From: Podarcis gaigeae
Taxonomy: Eukaryota
Reading direction: 5' to 3' (one strand)
Length of the DNA: 64,000 bases
Assembly: GCA_964106915.2 (NCBI GenBank)
Contig: OZ066914.1
Positions 1 through 13,749 of the stretch are shown piece after piece (within the stretch, counting starts at the first letter, position 1; each line of letters starts with the position of its first letter). The position numbers were made by a program, and so were the translations under genes. The notes under the pieces were generated by a model. It was not told where the DNA came from. It did no database searches and saw only the letters and a list, made by a program, of their open reading frames with translations.

Positions 1-1230
1 ATTAATAATATATCAACAGTCCCACAGAAGCGATGACAGTTTAAAGTGCTATGATACTGCTTTAAATGTATAGTGCAGATGGGCGCTATTACTAAACAGG
101 TCACCATCAAAGATGCTCAGTTTCCATGGGCTTTTCTGCCACTGGCACCAGTCCCCCACTTGCTCACGATCGACTCATACGTGACGGCGTATACGCACAG
201 CACCGGGAAATCAATCAATTCTAACCTGAAATGGAGGGAGAGAGCTGGAAAGTCCTTGTGGCTCGCAAGGAGCCCCTCCCCAGAGCCTGAAGAGGGCATC
301 AGTGAGCCAAAAGTTCAGAAACAAAGACTTCAAGGGCTCAAAAAATGGCGCACAGGAGCTCTCGCTGCTATCAAGCTAGCCTCCTCAATATACAGCTGTT
401 GGGCAGAAAGCTGTATGTACTGCAACAGGCTCCTCACTCACACATGCTTCACTTATGCACCCGGAGGCCCAGAACAAAACCCCCGCGTAAGTGGGGAGTC
501 ACCGATATTTGGGAAGGAGCTGAGCTGGGCACTATGTCCCTCAAAGAAACACATGCACCACCCATTAATGCACCCAATCAGTTTAATAATATTTTCATAG
601 CAACAATAAGCAGACCAAGGAATGTAACTATTGTACATAATGGTTTTGGAGGTGGTGTGTTTTTTGTTTTTTTCTACAAATCCTCCCTAATGACCTCCCC
701 CCCCCCAAAAAAAAAACAACAACCCGAGAAGCAAACAAGAAAGACCAGAAGTTCAAGGACTGTAGTGCACACTTAATAGCCCCAAGGGTAGCACTGATAA
801 AGGTATAATTAGCTGCTTGGTGCATAGGCTTCCTGGACCAAAGCACAGAGAATGGCAGGGAAAGCATCAAACCACTCAAAAAAGAAAGAAAGAAAAAGAA
901 CTCAGCATGCACATGCAAAAGTCCTTTCCCCATGGTGACCCCAACTGTGACCTTGGGTAAAACAAGCATCAAGGTTGGTTGGCAGGCTCTTCTATCTAGA
1001 ATGCCAAACTTCATAGAGAATAGGATCAAACCAGGTTTGCCAAGAGCTTCAATCCCCAAAAACATTTGCCTGCCAAAAATTGGAAACAAGGATTGGAAGC
1101 ACAGACCTTCCTACCTAACCCTTTTCTCTGAAATAACTTGCACTTAAAAACCGCGACATGAGCCCTAAGCCAGATGGACTATTATTGGACACCCCGTGTC
1201 ACAGTTTGTGAGGAAAGTCTCTCTTTCTCT

Positions 1231-1260
1231 CAGCAGCAGCAGCAACAACAACAAACAACA
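1231..1260 (+). repeat. (CAG)n(CAA)n microsatellite
   Basis: cagcagcagcagcaacaacaacaaacaaca read directly; intronic context. Confidence 0.85.
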
Positions 1261-1838
1261 ACCAGATTATTGTGGCACCACAAGGTACCGCAGGAGTCTT
1301 TGTTGTTTTTACTGCGGCGCAGGCAAATTGGTGGAAAACCCGCTCCACCCATGCATGAATTTGGCTGGTTACAGAGCTGGGTGGAGAATACTTCTTGACA
1401 TGCAGTAATCCCTTAAAAACAGTACCCTTGCAGTACCTTCAAGACTCAATAGATTTATTGAGGCAAGCTTTTGTGAGGGTGCGGTGGAATAATATATAAA
1501 TAAATAAAACCCTATTTTATTGGATGCACAGAGTGTTCCACACGATACTGTGAGCACACCTGCTCCTCTTGCATTCCTGGACTTTTTTTTTTCCTTTTAA
1601 AAAATGTCTTTTCTACCCTGCCATTCCCTGGAAAAGCTTTTCCAGAGTGGGTTATAATAAAATCATGAAATATATACATATAGTAAACAGCTACCCCATT
1701 GAAATCAGCAGCACTCACTTTTTTCCGAACCTCACTTGGTTTAAAACACAGACCCCACAACCCGTTTTCTTGTATATCTGCCCACTTCATGTATTTGATG
1801 ATGTGGCAAAAGCTTACGCAACAATGAATATACTAGCC

Positions 1839-1998
1839 CAGTAGTTCCTAATTAGCCAAGTACTGTGAACCCACTGTTTTTATAAAGCTAAGCTATGGAC
1901 CGCTCCCCCACTTTTGAAATTGTTGGTATCTCTATGGTAGTTTTCGTTGTGCAAATGGTACACCCTGGGGTCTGTGGATGGCCAACTGGGAACCACCA
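1839..1998. mobile_element. hAT-type non-autonomous element (MITE), same family as 13192-13346 and about 32200-32385
   Basis: Ends cagtagttcc...ggaaccacca; 8-bp flanks tactagcc/taccagcc; internal similarity to the other copies. Confidence 0.65.
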
Positions 1999-2745
1999 TA
2001 CCAGCCTTAAGAGGACCAACTTGCGGTTTTTCCAACAACAGGCCAACCAACACAGCTGCCCCTTCTGGAAGGAACATTTTAGGACAAGGCTGGAGAACCT
2101 GTGGCCCTACAGTTGTTGCCGCACTCCAACTCCCAGGCCCAGGCCCCCTGTTTTTCTGGCCATGCCAGCCCAAGACCATCTCAAAGAACCTGGGTTCACC
2201 AACCCTGTAATAAGCGATTGCAAATCAGAGACAGAGAATTTTGTAGCAAGAACAAAACCCAAAAAATATGTGACTTGCGATCTCAAGTTTAGCAATTCAT
2301 ATGAAGCAGTATGAATTAGAACCAGACAAATAACTTAGCCTTCCTTCCCCGCCAGAAAAGTCTATTGCAATTAAAACAATATTTCTCCATTTTCCATTGG
2401 TCCCTATTGTTCTCTCCTCAGCTCCACTCACTACTTCCTGACCTGCAGAAGAGAGGCATGTTGAAGCCAGGCACCTGTGTGCAATGTAAAATGGTACAGA
2501 TCCCACCCATAAACTTCAGATACGTCCAGGTTTTTCTTCCCAGCCATTTGATTTAAGCAACGGGCTGTGTGCTCCAGGGGGCAGAGTTCAGGACACAGGA
2601 GTCAGGTTCCAATATCTGACAAAAAGCCGGTCTATCAACTTTGCCTTCCCACTAATGTTGGCATCTGACCAGTCAGATAATAGCCATATGTAGTTTTAAT
2701 AACAAAACAGAGAAAGTTATGACAACTCATGGTCAACTCTTAAGC

Positions 2746-2871
2746 CAGTGTTTCTCAAACTTGGGTCCTTGGTTGTTGTTGGACTACAACTCCCATCATC
2801 CCTAGCTAGCAGGACCAGTGGTCAGGGACGATGGGAGTTGTGGTCCAAGGACCCAAGTTTGAGAAACACTG
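2746..2871. mobile_element. Palindromic hAT-type MITE (ggactacaactcccatc family)
   Basis: Long terminal inverted repeat cagtgtttctcaaacttgggtccttgg / ccaaggacccaagtttgagaaacactg; 8-bp flanks tcttaagc/ttctaagc. Confidence 0.8.
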
Positions 2872-3527
2872 TTCTAAGCATCTGTGGCATATATTATTGC
2901 CACAGTCCATTAAAAAAAACTCAGGCAGCTAACCAGGATTTCACGGATTTTGGTTGTGAACTCTTCCAAAGCTAAGTGCAATCGTAGGGACAAGCCCCAT
3001 GCCCCTTCTCCCAAGCTCCAGGTTGGGAAAATGGGTTCATCCCTGTCATGTTCATTGTCACACTCACCAGACAGGGCAAGGATGCTTGTGACAGAGTCTA
3101 TAGCAAACCAATTTGCAGACTCTCCATCCCTAGCACAGACTGCAACCAAGCATGTGGACAAGGCATTCTTGACTTCATGGAAAATTTAACAACATCTGAT
3201 GGAAGCCAACTGACAACACTTGATGGGCCAGCTGGCTAGCACTGAAATCCTGCTTCCTGCAGTCGCAGCAAGAACAACAACTGGTTACATCATGGAACTG
3301 TCATGAAGACCACAAAGAACTTTGCAAACCTAGCTGGCAGAATCCAAGTTTTGTCTGAACTTGGTAACAGGAAGTTCAATACACTGTACAAAAAAAAAAA
3401 AATCTATAACGGGGATGGCCAACTTTTTCTGGCATAAGTGCCACACTCACTCTTGGCCAACCCTCTGGGAGCTACATGGTGGATGTGGCCAAAAGCAGGT
3501 GTGACCACTTCACATTCATGCATGCTT

Positions 3528-3890
3528 AAAGGTAAAGGTACCCCTGCCGATATGGGCCAGTCGTGTCCGACTCTAGGGTTGCGTGCTCATCTCGCTTAAG
3601 AGGCCAGGAGCCAGCGCCGTCCGAAGACACTTCCAGGTCACGTGGCCAGCGTGACGAAGCTGCAGCTGGCGAGCCAGCACCAGCGCCGCACACGGAAACG
3701 CCGTTACCTTCCCGCTATAAAGCGGTACCTATTCATCTACTTGCACTTAAGGGTGCTTTCGAACTGCTAGGTGGGCAGGAGCTGGGACCGAACGACGGGA
3801 GCTCACCCCGCCGCGGGGATTCGAACCGCCGACCTTATGATCAGCAAGTCCTAGGCGCTGAGGTTTTACCCACAGCGCCACCCGCGTCCC
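3528..3890 (-). mobile_element. Full-length Sauria SINE
   Basis: On the - strand: tRNA-like head (gggacgcgggtggcgctgtgg; B box ggttcgaatcc) and (ACCTTT)n tail; target-site duplication atgcatgctt/acgcatgctt; CpGs retained, suggesting a young copy. Confidence 0.92.
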
Positions 3891-4977
3891 ACGCATGCTT
3901 GCACATTCTCAAATGCACAAGGGACATAGTCCCATGCAGATCAGCTAGGAAGGTGGGCTGCTTGCCCCCTCTCCATCCCAATCTGCACGAATGAGGCCAT
4001 TTGCAGTCCTATCAGGGTGGTGGGTTGAGAGGTTTGAACCTCTCTGCCTACCCCAGCACCATGCCTACTTTTTTTTATTCTATTTTTGCTGCCATTGCCC
4101 AAAATTTGTGGGATTACCAATTTTGCTTTAGGCACACCCCACTCACTCCCAGCATGCACCCACCCACCCCAGCATGTGTGCGCTCACCTCAGACGGCGAC
4201 AGGAGACACTATATCCCTGGAAGAGGGCAAGTCTTCTTCTTCTTGGAAAATAAATTTGTACCTTAATGCTATTGCAGAGATTTAAAAACCTGCCTCTTGC
4301 TACAAAGCATTTACATTTTAAATAGATATCAAATGTCACAATTGTTCCTCTGCAACATTCTCCACTTTAATTATAGCGGAGTACTGCAGTTATTTTGGCA
4401 GATTATGAAACAAGCCCAAACAAAATGAATCAAGTAGAACCTCAGGTGGGTCTTCAAATGTATTTATACTTTGCCTGCTATGATTACTTCTTTATTTTTA
4501 TTTAAAAGTCAGAAGTTTCAAGGAAAGCTTTCTCCTTTAGCTTTGTTTTCTAGAAAGGTTCCCAAGACAGATCTGTGGCCTTCCAAATAACACATCTGTA
4601 CGACTCTGCTTTTCTGCTCAACAAAGCCATTTTGTTGATGTTTCCCATAGGCATTTTCTCCTCCCATAAACTCAACACAACATCTTTGCCCCTATTTACA
4701 GTCCGACACAGTGGCCCTCTCACATGTAACACTAAACTATGCTTTAGCACTTTGTGCTCAAGTTAAAACTACCACAAATGAAGGCTTAGTCTTGTGCACT
4801 CTCTCATCCCTGCCTCTGCTCAGCCAGGAAGATTTCACCAGCAATAATTTCCATTTTCAAATAATCTCAAGCTTCTCACTGTTGTACGAACCAGAGATTG
4901 TGGCCTAAAATAAAATAAACCTACCAGCTTCATAAACCATGGTTTGAAGTTGGCTTCTTCCAAATGTAACAACCCTG

Positions 4978-5180
4978 GCAGATCAGACCAAAGGCCCATC
5001 TAGTACAGCATCCTGTTCCACAGTGGTAAACCAGTGCCTATGGGGAGCCCACAAGCAGGACATGAGTGCAACATAACCTTCCTGCTCATGCCCTCTGGAA
5101 ACTGGTATTCAGAGGCATACTATTTCCAATACTGGAGGTCATATATAGCCAACATGACTAGTTAGTAGACACTGACAGCC
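4978..5180 (-). mobile_element. CR1 LINE 3' fragment
   Basis: gatcagaccaaaggcccatctagtacagcatcctg resembles the squamate CR1 3' end; inverse copies at about 21735-21890, 42600-42745 and 52575-52770. Confidence 0.65.
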
Positions 5181-5431
5181 ATGATGTCTATATGTTACCT
5201 TTCCCCAGTTGCATTGGAGGAGGAAGCACATGAGTATGAGTTTTCGCTTGGGCTCATTCCAGCTTTTGCATATATTGCTAATTCATGATGTACAACCAAG
5301 ATCAATGGCTGTGTTTAGACATGACAATGAGCCACGGTTTATCATTACAGAAATGATCCTGTATGAGCTTTCCCTCTCCTCTCCCAGCACAGCTACAAGG
5401 AGATCGCTTTCATTTTTTGCTAACTGCAACA

Positions 5432-5915
5432 GTTAGACTGATGACTGGGAGTGGCCGCCGATACCATATAACACCTGAAAGACCTAGACTGGCTCCCAGT
5501 AAGTTTCCGAGCACAATTCAAAGTGTTGGTGCTGACCTTTAAAGCCCTAAACGGCCTTGTCCCAGTATACCTGAAGGAGTGTCTCCATCCCCATAGTTCA
5601 GCCTGGACACTGAGGTCCAGCTCCAAGGGCCTTCTGGCAGTTCCCTCACTGTGAGTTGTGAGGTTACAGGGAACCAGGCAGAGGGCCTTCTTGGTAGTGG
5701 CGCCTGCCCTGTGGAACACCCTCCCATCAGATGTCAAAGAAATAAACAACTATCTGACTTTTCTTTAGAAGACATCTGAAGGCAGCCCTGTTTAGGGAAG
5801 TTTTTAATGTTTGATGGTTTCTTGCGCTTTTAATGCTGTTGGAAGCCGCCCAGAGTGGCTGGGGAAACCCAGCCAGATGGGCAGGATATAAATAAAAAAT
5901 TATTATTATCATCAT
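5432..5915 (+). mobile_element. 5'-truncated L2-clade LINE 3' end
   Basis: Degenerate RT C-terminus (WLPVSFRAQFKVLVLTFKALNG...LWNTLP) followed by 3' UTR and a (TAT)n-type tail. Confidence 0.8.
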
Positions 5916-7340
5916 GATGTTCAATCCCTAATCCTGTGGTTAGTCTCAACAATGGTTTGTTGAAATAGCCTAGCTTCATAATCCATTGTTTCTAGTTTGC
6001 CTTATTTCAACGAAAGCATAGTTAGGGTTAGCCACAATTTGTCAGTTTGGATATAAGAATTTGCAGTTAATCTAAAAGAGAAGCTACGGTAACTCTTCCA
6101 GTCTCTTCCTCATGGTCACACCAGAGGAGGGAAGAAGGGAGAACGCATGAGCTTGAGGCTCCCACAGGCCCATTCCCACCCCATGGTTTTCAAGCCTACA
6201 ACTATGCATTATGAATGCAGAATTTTACAACCTGTATGGATTTATTCAGCTAAGCAAATCTGCATAAGGAAGGTGCATGGCTTTTCGCAACATAATTGAA
6301 TTTTTACAAAATGAGACCTATTGGAGGAGCATACCTTATGCACAAGGAGTGAGTGACTTGAAATAGCTCCATGCATGGTAATTACTTCCTAGCTGCTAGT
6401 GTCACAGCTGCAGTAGTGCTTAAATCTGTAACATATATCCGACACCTAATTATCTGCACCATAGATTAGCGTGAACAAGTGGAACTAAGTATTACCATGC
6501 TGCAAACGACATTGGGTGGAGCTCAGCAGAGACAAATTTTCATAGTTCACATTACCACCCCCACCACCCAAAAAAGGCTGTATGTGAGAAAATTAGTTTT
6601 TAATTTAAGCCACAACTTTGTCTTGAATTATTTGAAGTGGTCCTAAAATGATAAAGTAGCTGAGAGCAAGGAAAGCAGAGTTCCCCCTCATTATTCAGTA
6701 ATCGTAGCCTATCCCCACATATGTAGAAAACAGAAGGCAATCCTGAGCTCCTGTATCTCTGGGTTGTTGTTTTTTAGAAACTAAGCAATGCCTGAAAAAT
6801 CCAGAGCAACCATCTTCTCAAAACACACAGAGAGAAAACCAAGGTTGCAGCCTGGAAATTCCCAGAGAGGCTTGAGATAGCTATGGCACCTGGCAGTTTT
6901 TCAAAACAATCCTCCGAGGGCTGCTGGAAGCTCACATTTTGTGGAGTATATGAGCAATATCCAAGCAAACCATGGCTCAGAGTAGGCCTACTCAAATCAG
7001 CAGGCTTACTCCAAAGCATGACTTAATTGCATATCAATTTATATTCAAAGAATGAGAAAAAGGGGCCAGAGAAATCAACTAACAATAATGCTGCCATTCA
7101 GAGAGTGTCTTCTGATCTGATAGCAGGCCTATTGTTAGCATATTTCTCCCACTTTACATTTTGCTTTGTTATACTCTGTGTAGTTCCGCATGCATCATCT
7201 CTTTGCTAAGAATTTGTTTTTTAAAGCAGCAAAGTTCCACTGAATAAAGAGGAGACCTGATGGAAACTGCATCATGCATACATGCTTCTCAAAGGGCTGC
7301 CCTTATTCCCAATTTGGAGTCTACATCAGCTAATCCAATA

Positions 7341-7588
7341 GAGTGGTACCTCGGAAGTTGAACAGAATCCGTTCTGGAAGTCCGTTCAACTTCCAAATGT
7401 TCAGAAACCAAGGCGCGGCTTCCGAGTGGCTGCAGGAAGCACCTGCGGCCAATCGGAGGTCGTGGAAGCCACACCAGACGTTCAGGTTCCAAAGAACATT
7501 TGCAAACCGGAACACTCACTTCCGGGTTTGCAGCATTCAGGAGCCAAAACTTTCAAGTCGCAAGGCATTTGTCAACCAAGGAAGACTG
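7341..7588. mobile_element. Tc1/mariner (Tigger-like) MITE
   Basis: TA-flanked; ends gagtggtacctc...gaagactg; homologous to the shorter copy at 11902-12073. Confidence 0.75.
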
Positions 7589-7646
7589 TACTACAATTGC
7601 AACACTTGCTTGATATACACATCCCTATAAACATGTCTGCAGACTA

Positions 7647-8110
7647 CCATATATATTCGAATATAAGCCTCGAGTGAGGCGGCAGCAGCAGAGGGACGAG
7701 CAGCGAGAAAGGAGCCCTTTCTCGCTGCTTGTCCCTCCACCACCACCCGCCTCTCACAAGGGCAGGCACAGGAGCTACGGCTGAGAGAGGCACTGCACTG
7801 TGCCTCTCCCAACCGGGCTCCTGTGCCTGCTGTTGCTAGCGGCAGAGGGACGAGCAGCGAGAAAGGAGCCTATTCAGGCTGCTCCTTCCTCCTCTGCCGC
7901 CATCAGCGGTGGCGGTGGCGGAGGAACAAGCAGCCCAAAAGGAGCCCTTTCGGGCTGCTTGTTCTTCCTCCTCCTCCACTGCTGCCACCACCAGGTTTGT
8001 GGTGTGGTGAACCGGCTTATACTCGAGTCAATAAGTTTTCCCAGGTTTTTTGTTCTAAAATTAGGTGCCTCGGCTTATATTCGGGTCGGCTTATACTCGA
8101 GTATATACGG
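7647..8110. mobile_element. TA-flanked pogo/Tc2-like non-autonomous DNA transposon with GC-rich hairpin-containing interior
   Basis: TIR ccatatatattcgaatataagcc / ggcttatactcgagtatatacgg, TA on both sides, repeated subterminal ggcttatactcgag. Confidence 0.8.
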
Positions 8111-9324
8111 TACTTCAAGAGTTCAGGGAACCCTTTAGGCAGGGCTATCAAAACTGACTTAAACTGCTCAAGCATTTTGCAGGCAAGCTTCCTGGCTTCC
8201 CAAGACTTAAGCAGCCATCCTGTATTATTTGTGCGCACTTGAGCAAATAACCACAGTGATGCCTCATGACAACTTAAAAAGAGATTGATCAATTATAACA
8301 CAAACTACTAAAATGTATGCTGGGCTCGGCTAATTTAATTGTTCAAAAGTTGTACCCAGTGCTTTTTCTACTAAAATATGAGGCGTCACTACTACCCTGG
8401 GCAGCAAAAAGAAAAAGAAAAAAGTACTACCACTACTCCATACACGTTAAGTAATGTCACAAACAAAAATAAGCTCTGGCCGCGCTGTGGTTAACACAAA
8501 GACTTATAAGCAGGCCTCAAAGGTCCTGCCACTTTAAAAAATGAGAATTAGTTAGCAACTTTCTGTGTAATCTCCCCACTGGGCAATCACTCCCTTGTAA
8601 ACAGCAGATTTAAGAGGTTTAAAAGATGACTTTGCAGGCTGTCCATATATTAGTCTGCTAGACAGACAAATACCCCAACACCGTAAAAGTGCTAGGCAAC
8701 GAAGCAGACCCTTAGATACCAGTGTGATAGATGAACACATAAGAACCTGACTGGAACACTGAACAGGAGGGAAAGACTCCAGGCTACTATTCTTCACCAT
8801 TAAATGCACAGACAGGGGGCTGAAATATAGCTTTCTCTTGAACAGGTGATTATTCTGTCCATCTAGATAACCATTTAAAATGTTGATCTTTTTGATATTT
8901 CTACAACAGTAAAATCTGCTACCAACCCCAATAACAAGCATGTTGTTTCATACAATTGTTATTGTTGTGGTGGTTGTTATTTATTCATTCAGTTCATATA
9001 CCACCCTCTATCCAAAGATCTCAGGGCTGTGTTCAACATTAAGAACCCATGCAGAGTTTGTCTGAGGCCCACTGGCTTGTTCTTGGCATGCCAGTGTATA
9101 AGTCCAGCAAGCCCCTGGCGGTACCCCCTTGGCCAGCTTTGCCCTCCAAGGCCTGGGGCAAGCACACCCAGCTTCTGCCCCCCACCCCCCACTGCATGGA
9201 CCTGTTAAGAACATAATTTATGGAGCAATTTTTTTAAAAAACCAAATGTACAGCATAATAATACATATAATAATAAAATAATCATAACAGCAGCCCCACA
9301 CACATTTAACTGACCATTGATTAT

Positions 9325-9660
9325 TTAATGGCCAAAGGCCTGGGTAAAGAGAAATGTTTTCGCCTGGTGCCTAAAGACATGTAATGATGGCACCAGGTGA
9401 GCCTCTCTAGGGAGAGTGTTCCACAGACAGGGAGCCACAGAAAAGGCCTGTTCTTGTGTTGTCACCCTCCAAACTGCTTGGGGAAGGGGGGCATAGAGAA
9501 AGGCCTTGGATGACAAGCACAGGGTCCGGGTCAGTTCATATGGGGAGAGGCGGTCCTTAAGGCAATGGGGTCCTGACCCATGTAAGGCTTTACATGTCAG
9601 CATCAGCACTTTGGCCCAGAAGCTAACTGGCAGCCACTACAGTCAGACCAGGATTGTTGC
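9325..9660 (-). mobile_element. L2-clade LINE fragment
   Basis: ORF 9325-9609 reads LTCKALHGSGPHCLKDRL...AFSVAPCLWNTLP...KTFLFTQAF, an RT C-terminus remnant. Confidence 0.75.
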
Positions 9661-11901
9661 ATACAATCGTTTCCATTTGCTCTGGAGTACTTATTCATCA
9701 CTGTTCTGATTTTGCTTCACTGTCTCACATTTTCAAAGTGTATTACTGGTCAGTTTGCAAAAAAAGGTCTCTTTTGGTCCACTGCATTTGAGCTATATGC
9801 TTTAATGTTCAACCATTTCATCTATGTCTCAAGCCCTATTTAGGCAGCCTGGAGTATAAAGAGGCCTTGTACTGTATTTTGTGCCCCAGCTCTAAAACCA
9901 TTCACCTGAAATGCGCTATATTTATGTACAGTACAAGCTCATAGCAATCTACGCACAAGTAGAGCTCACTGAGTTCAATGGGCCTTACCTTCCAGGAAAG
10001 TGTACACAGGACTGCAGCCAAATTCCTATGCACACTTGCCGGTAAGAAAGACCCAGGCGTTTTAGTGCCTGTTCAATTTCTGCTGTAATGAACCAAGTTA
10101 GTTTCCTTTGTTGCTGAAAAGTAGCACAAGACAATGGACAGGGTAAAAGATTTAGAAGAGGGAGACTATACACACCAGGGTGCTACCCCTAGGGCCTTGA
10201 GGTGGTGCACAGTGTTCCCACATTTCATTTCAAATAGAAATTTGAAGGTTCGCTATGTTGCCTTTCACCCTCAATGAGATATATAGCTAGGGAGGGGCCG
10301 ACTGCACCAGGCCAGGGTCCAATCACACCTCAGGTAGCATTCTGCAGGCAAAATGACACCACCCATGGACTTACTGCATGGCCTTGGACAAGATGTTCTG
10401 CACGTCTTGCATACTAATATTATATACTAGGAGTAGCCAACATAGTACCATCCAGATGTTGTTGTACTACTACCCCTGTCATCCCTGGCCATTGGCCATG
10501 CTAGTTGGTGCTGATGAGGATTGGGAGCCCGCAACATAGGGAGGGTCCCATGTGGCCCATGTGTTTATTCAAAAGCAAGCACCACTGCACTACAGGGAAG
10601 CAGGCACAGCATTGCAGACTCGGCTTCTCCACTTGTAAAATGGGAATAGTTTCCTACCTTAGAATGAGAATTGATAAGTTACTGCTCGCTATCCATTTTA
10701 GCAAAAGTTTTTGAAGTACATCTAGAATGAATTAGTACATCTATTAGAACCCATGCCAGTAAGCTGGGTAAACTGCTACATATAAGTGTTAACACAATCT
10801 TCGTAGCTGTGCTGTTATCAGCAAAATCACAATCACCATGGAATGGTCAACTATGTTTATCTTGTCTGTGTGTGTGTTTTGCACAGAACTGCCGGAGGCT
10901 GAACTGACTTTTCATTTTTAAGTCTCACTTGGTATAACAGATACCCCAACCACAGTTCATCTTCTACGAACTCATGCATTGGACGAAGTAGGAGCCGTCA
11001 TGATGTAGTGGGCGGTGTATGACAGACCTGAATTGGGGGAAACTGGGTTAAATTCCTATTTAGCTCAGTGGATCACTGTGGCCCAATCACTCACTTAAGA
11101 CTATGAACCTAGAAGCATTTCCCCCTTAACTCAGCAAAGCTTATTTCTGAGCAGACACGTATAGGATTGCACACTTATCCTTATCGTAGGATAGCTGTTG
11201 TGAAGATAAAGTGGCAGGGAGGGGAAAACACAGACTGTGTACACTACCCTGAACTGCTTAAAATGTAATAAATCAATGAATATAAATAATAGGCTTCCTC
11301 TCTTAGAAACTTCATCCCATAATAATTTGTTAGCCTTTAAAGCAAGAATTGGGAATCTGTGGCTTTTCATATATTACTGGACTACAGTTCCCATCATCAC
11401 AGACTTCTTGCCATTCTGACAGAAGTTGATGGGCGCTGAAGTCCAACAACATTTGTAGGTGTCCAGTCCCCCTCATCCCTGCCTCAAAGGTCATCATAAG
11501 ATTCTTTTGTTCTTTGTGCTGCAACAGACACAATGCTCACTTACCTGTAAGTCCCACTGAACGCAACAGGATTTACTTCTGAGTATACAGGTCTAGGATT
11601 GTACTGGAAAGCTACCTACTCTTCTAGAGATCATTGTCATCCTATATATGTCCTTCTCAGGAAGGACAGCTCATTCCTTATATTCCCCATCCCTCCCTCC
11701 ACTGACTTCTTTCACGCATGATGATCCTACTGCATTACGAACTATGTCTCCATTACATGTCAGTCCTGATGAATGCTAGTGGGACACTGAATATACTATA
11801 TAAAAGAGATTAAATTCATATGAATTCAATGTAATATTGACAATCTGAGGAGAAATACCAGTATGACAACCAAAGGTACAGAAACACTGAAAAGCCTAAT
11901 A

Positions 11902-12073
11902 CAGTGGTACCTCAGAAGTCCAACGGAATCCATTCCAGAAGTCCATTTGACTTCCAAAACGTTCGGAAACCAAGGTGCGGCTTCCGATTGGTGGAACACT
12001 CACTTCTGGGTTTGCGGCGTTCGGGAGCCAAAACGTTTGACTCACAAGGCATGTGGTATCCAAGGTATGACTG
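11902..12073. mobile_element. Tc1/mariner (Tigger-like) MITE, internally deleted copy
   Basis: TA cagtggtacctc ... aggtatgactg TA; aligns by eye to 7341-7588. Confidence 0.75.
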
Positions 12074-12559
12074 TAGTAACTGGAAAGGTTGACTATCACA
12101 GGTAACATTTTTAAAAAATTGATTATGTTCCAATATTACTTATAGCGAATAAAAACATATTACCTTTGCTTACATGCTTGACAGTAGGGATGGAGAATTT
12201 GTGGCGCTCCAGATCTCATTGGACAACCAACTCCCATCAGGGATGAGGGGAGGACCATAGGTTCCCAATCCCTGCTGAACCGCAACTCAAGGGTGTGCAC
12301 TTCCAGTTGTCTCCCCACTATGATCACTCTTCCAGAGTATCTCTACCACATGAGCTAGAATGGGACTTGTTTTAGAATGTTTATTATTGTTAGCTGCCTT
12401 TGCTAGATGTCTTTTTTTACACTAACATCACAATACAATTAATCAATCAAGTTTACTGTAACAAAAATGACAATATTCGAGACAGATTTTGAGCCAAGAA
12501 AGGGTTCATGAAAGATTTCAGAACTTGACTTGAACATAACCAAGCAAATATATCTTTAA

Positions 12560-12656
12560 GCAGAGGCTTGACAACCATATGTCAGGAGTGCTCTGATGGC
12601 AGGGGGTTGGACTCGATGGCCCTTGTGGTCTCTTCCAACTCTATGATTCTATGATA
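12560..12656 (+). mobile_element. CR1 LINE extreme 3' end
   Basis: ggttggactcgatggcccttgtggtctcttccaactctatgattctatgat: CR1 3' hairpin plus ATTCTATG-type octamer tail. Confidence 0.85.
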
Positions 12657-13191
12657 TCACTCAAAGATGCATAATTAAGTATTCACCAACTAAAACAGAT
12701 CATGTGGAACAAGGAGCCATGGAATGCTGGAGCCACCTGAACCCACCATGTGTTTCGAGTAAACATACCTCATGCCTTTCCTCCATCCTTCAGACTTCTC
12801 CATGAAACACAAAAATACACATTCATTCAGAAGTCTCAAATCATCAAATGCACTAGTTCCGGCCCAACAGCTTACTCAACACGGCTTTGTCCCACTCTGC
12901 TGCAATTATGGCTCATATAACACTATATACCCAAATTTGAAAAATCAAGAGGGCTTTGAGTGGAAATTCTCACGATCATGGTCACGATGCATGTTCCACA
13001 ATAAGATAACAGGCCACAGTTTGGTGACATAAACATGCTTTGTGGGCAAAAGATCCAGATGGTGGTGGACTATAACTTCCATCTGTTCTTGACCATTGGC
13101 CATGCTGATGAGGACTGATGGGAGTTGGAGTTCACTAACATCTGGAGGTCACAGATTCCCATCCTCCAGGATCAACCATAATGGGCTAGAT

Positions 13192-13346
13192 CGGTGGTTC
13201 CCAGTTGGCTAACTACTGTAGATCCCCTACTTTTGAAAATTTTGATATCTCTGTGATAGTATTTGTTAGGTGAATGGTGCCATGGATCCCCTGGGTGGTT
13301 TAAGTGGACCTCCTGGGGTCCGCAGACCACCAATTGAGAACCACTG
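13192..13346. mobile_element. hAT-type MITE
   Basis: Ends cggtggttccca / tgagaaccactg; perfect 8-bp TSD ggctagat at 13184-13191 and 13347-13354. Confidence 0.85.
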
Positions 13347-13559
13347 GGCTAGATGAATCCTGGGTCTAACTCCATATGTTTCATGAGCTCATGAGAAGAA
13401 TAGTTTCTACCCTACCCCCTTCAATTCCTGCAGGAAAAGAAAGATAAGAGGGGGAAAGCTCTTCTGCCACAACAAACCCCTAAGACAGCAAACTTAAACA
13501 TATCAGACACTAAAGCCTATTTGAATCAAAGCACATTGCTTCTGAGTAAACATGATTAC

Positions 13560-13749
13560 CTTCAGGTAACGTAATTTTGAGTTGCAAACGTGGCAAACCC
13601 GGAAGTGTATACTTCCAGGTTTCACTGCACGCGCATAAGCGCTCTATCGCACCACATGCGTGCGCAGAAGCAACTCCTCCAGATACAGACTTTTCGGGGT
13701 AAGTACGGACCCCCGGGACGAATTAAGTTTGTATCCAGAGGGTCCACTG
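13560..13749. mobile_element. Tc1/mariner MITE fragment
   Basis: Ends ...gagggtccactg TA; aacccggaagtg motif shared with the Tigger-like copies. Confidence 0.55.

Noticed and set aside
287-320. ctgaaga followed by a short stem, resembling a hammerhead core
   Set aside because: The required GAAA and stems I and III are absent.
73-1089. Three 140-175 aa ORFs at the window start
   Set aside because: They cross homopolymer tracts and a MITE end; no CLASP1-like or other recognisable peptide.
3563-3994. 143-aa ORF, and the similar ORF at 47378-47674
   Set aside because: Antisense reading of GC-rich Sauria SINEs.
11711-11773. C box ATGATGA and D box CTGA with a 4-bp terminal stem, resembling a C/D snoRNA
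   Set aside because: Only 52 nt from C to D, antisense to the presumed host gene, and no recognisable rRNA or snRNA guide.
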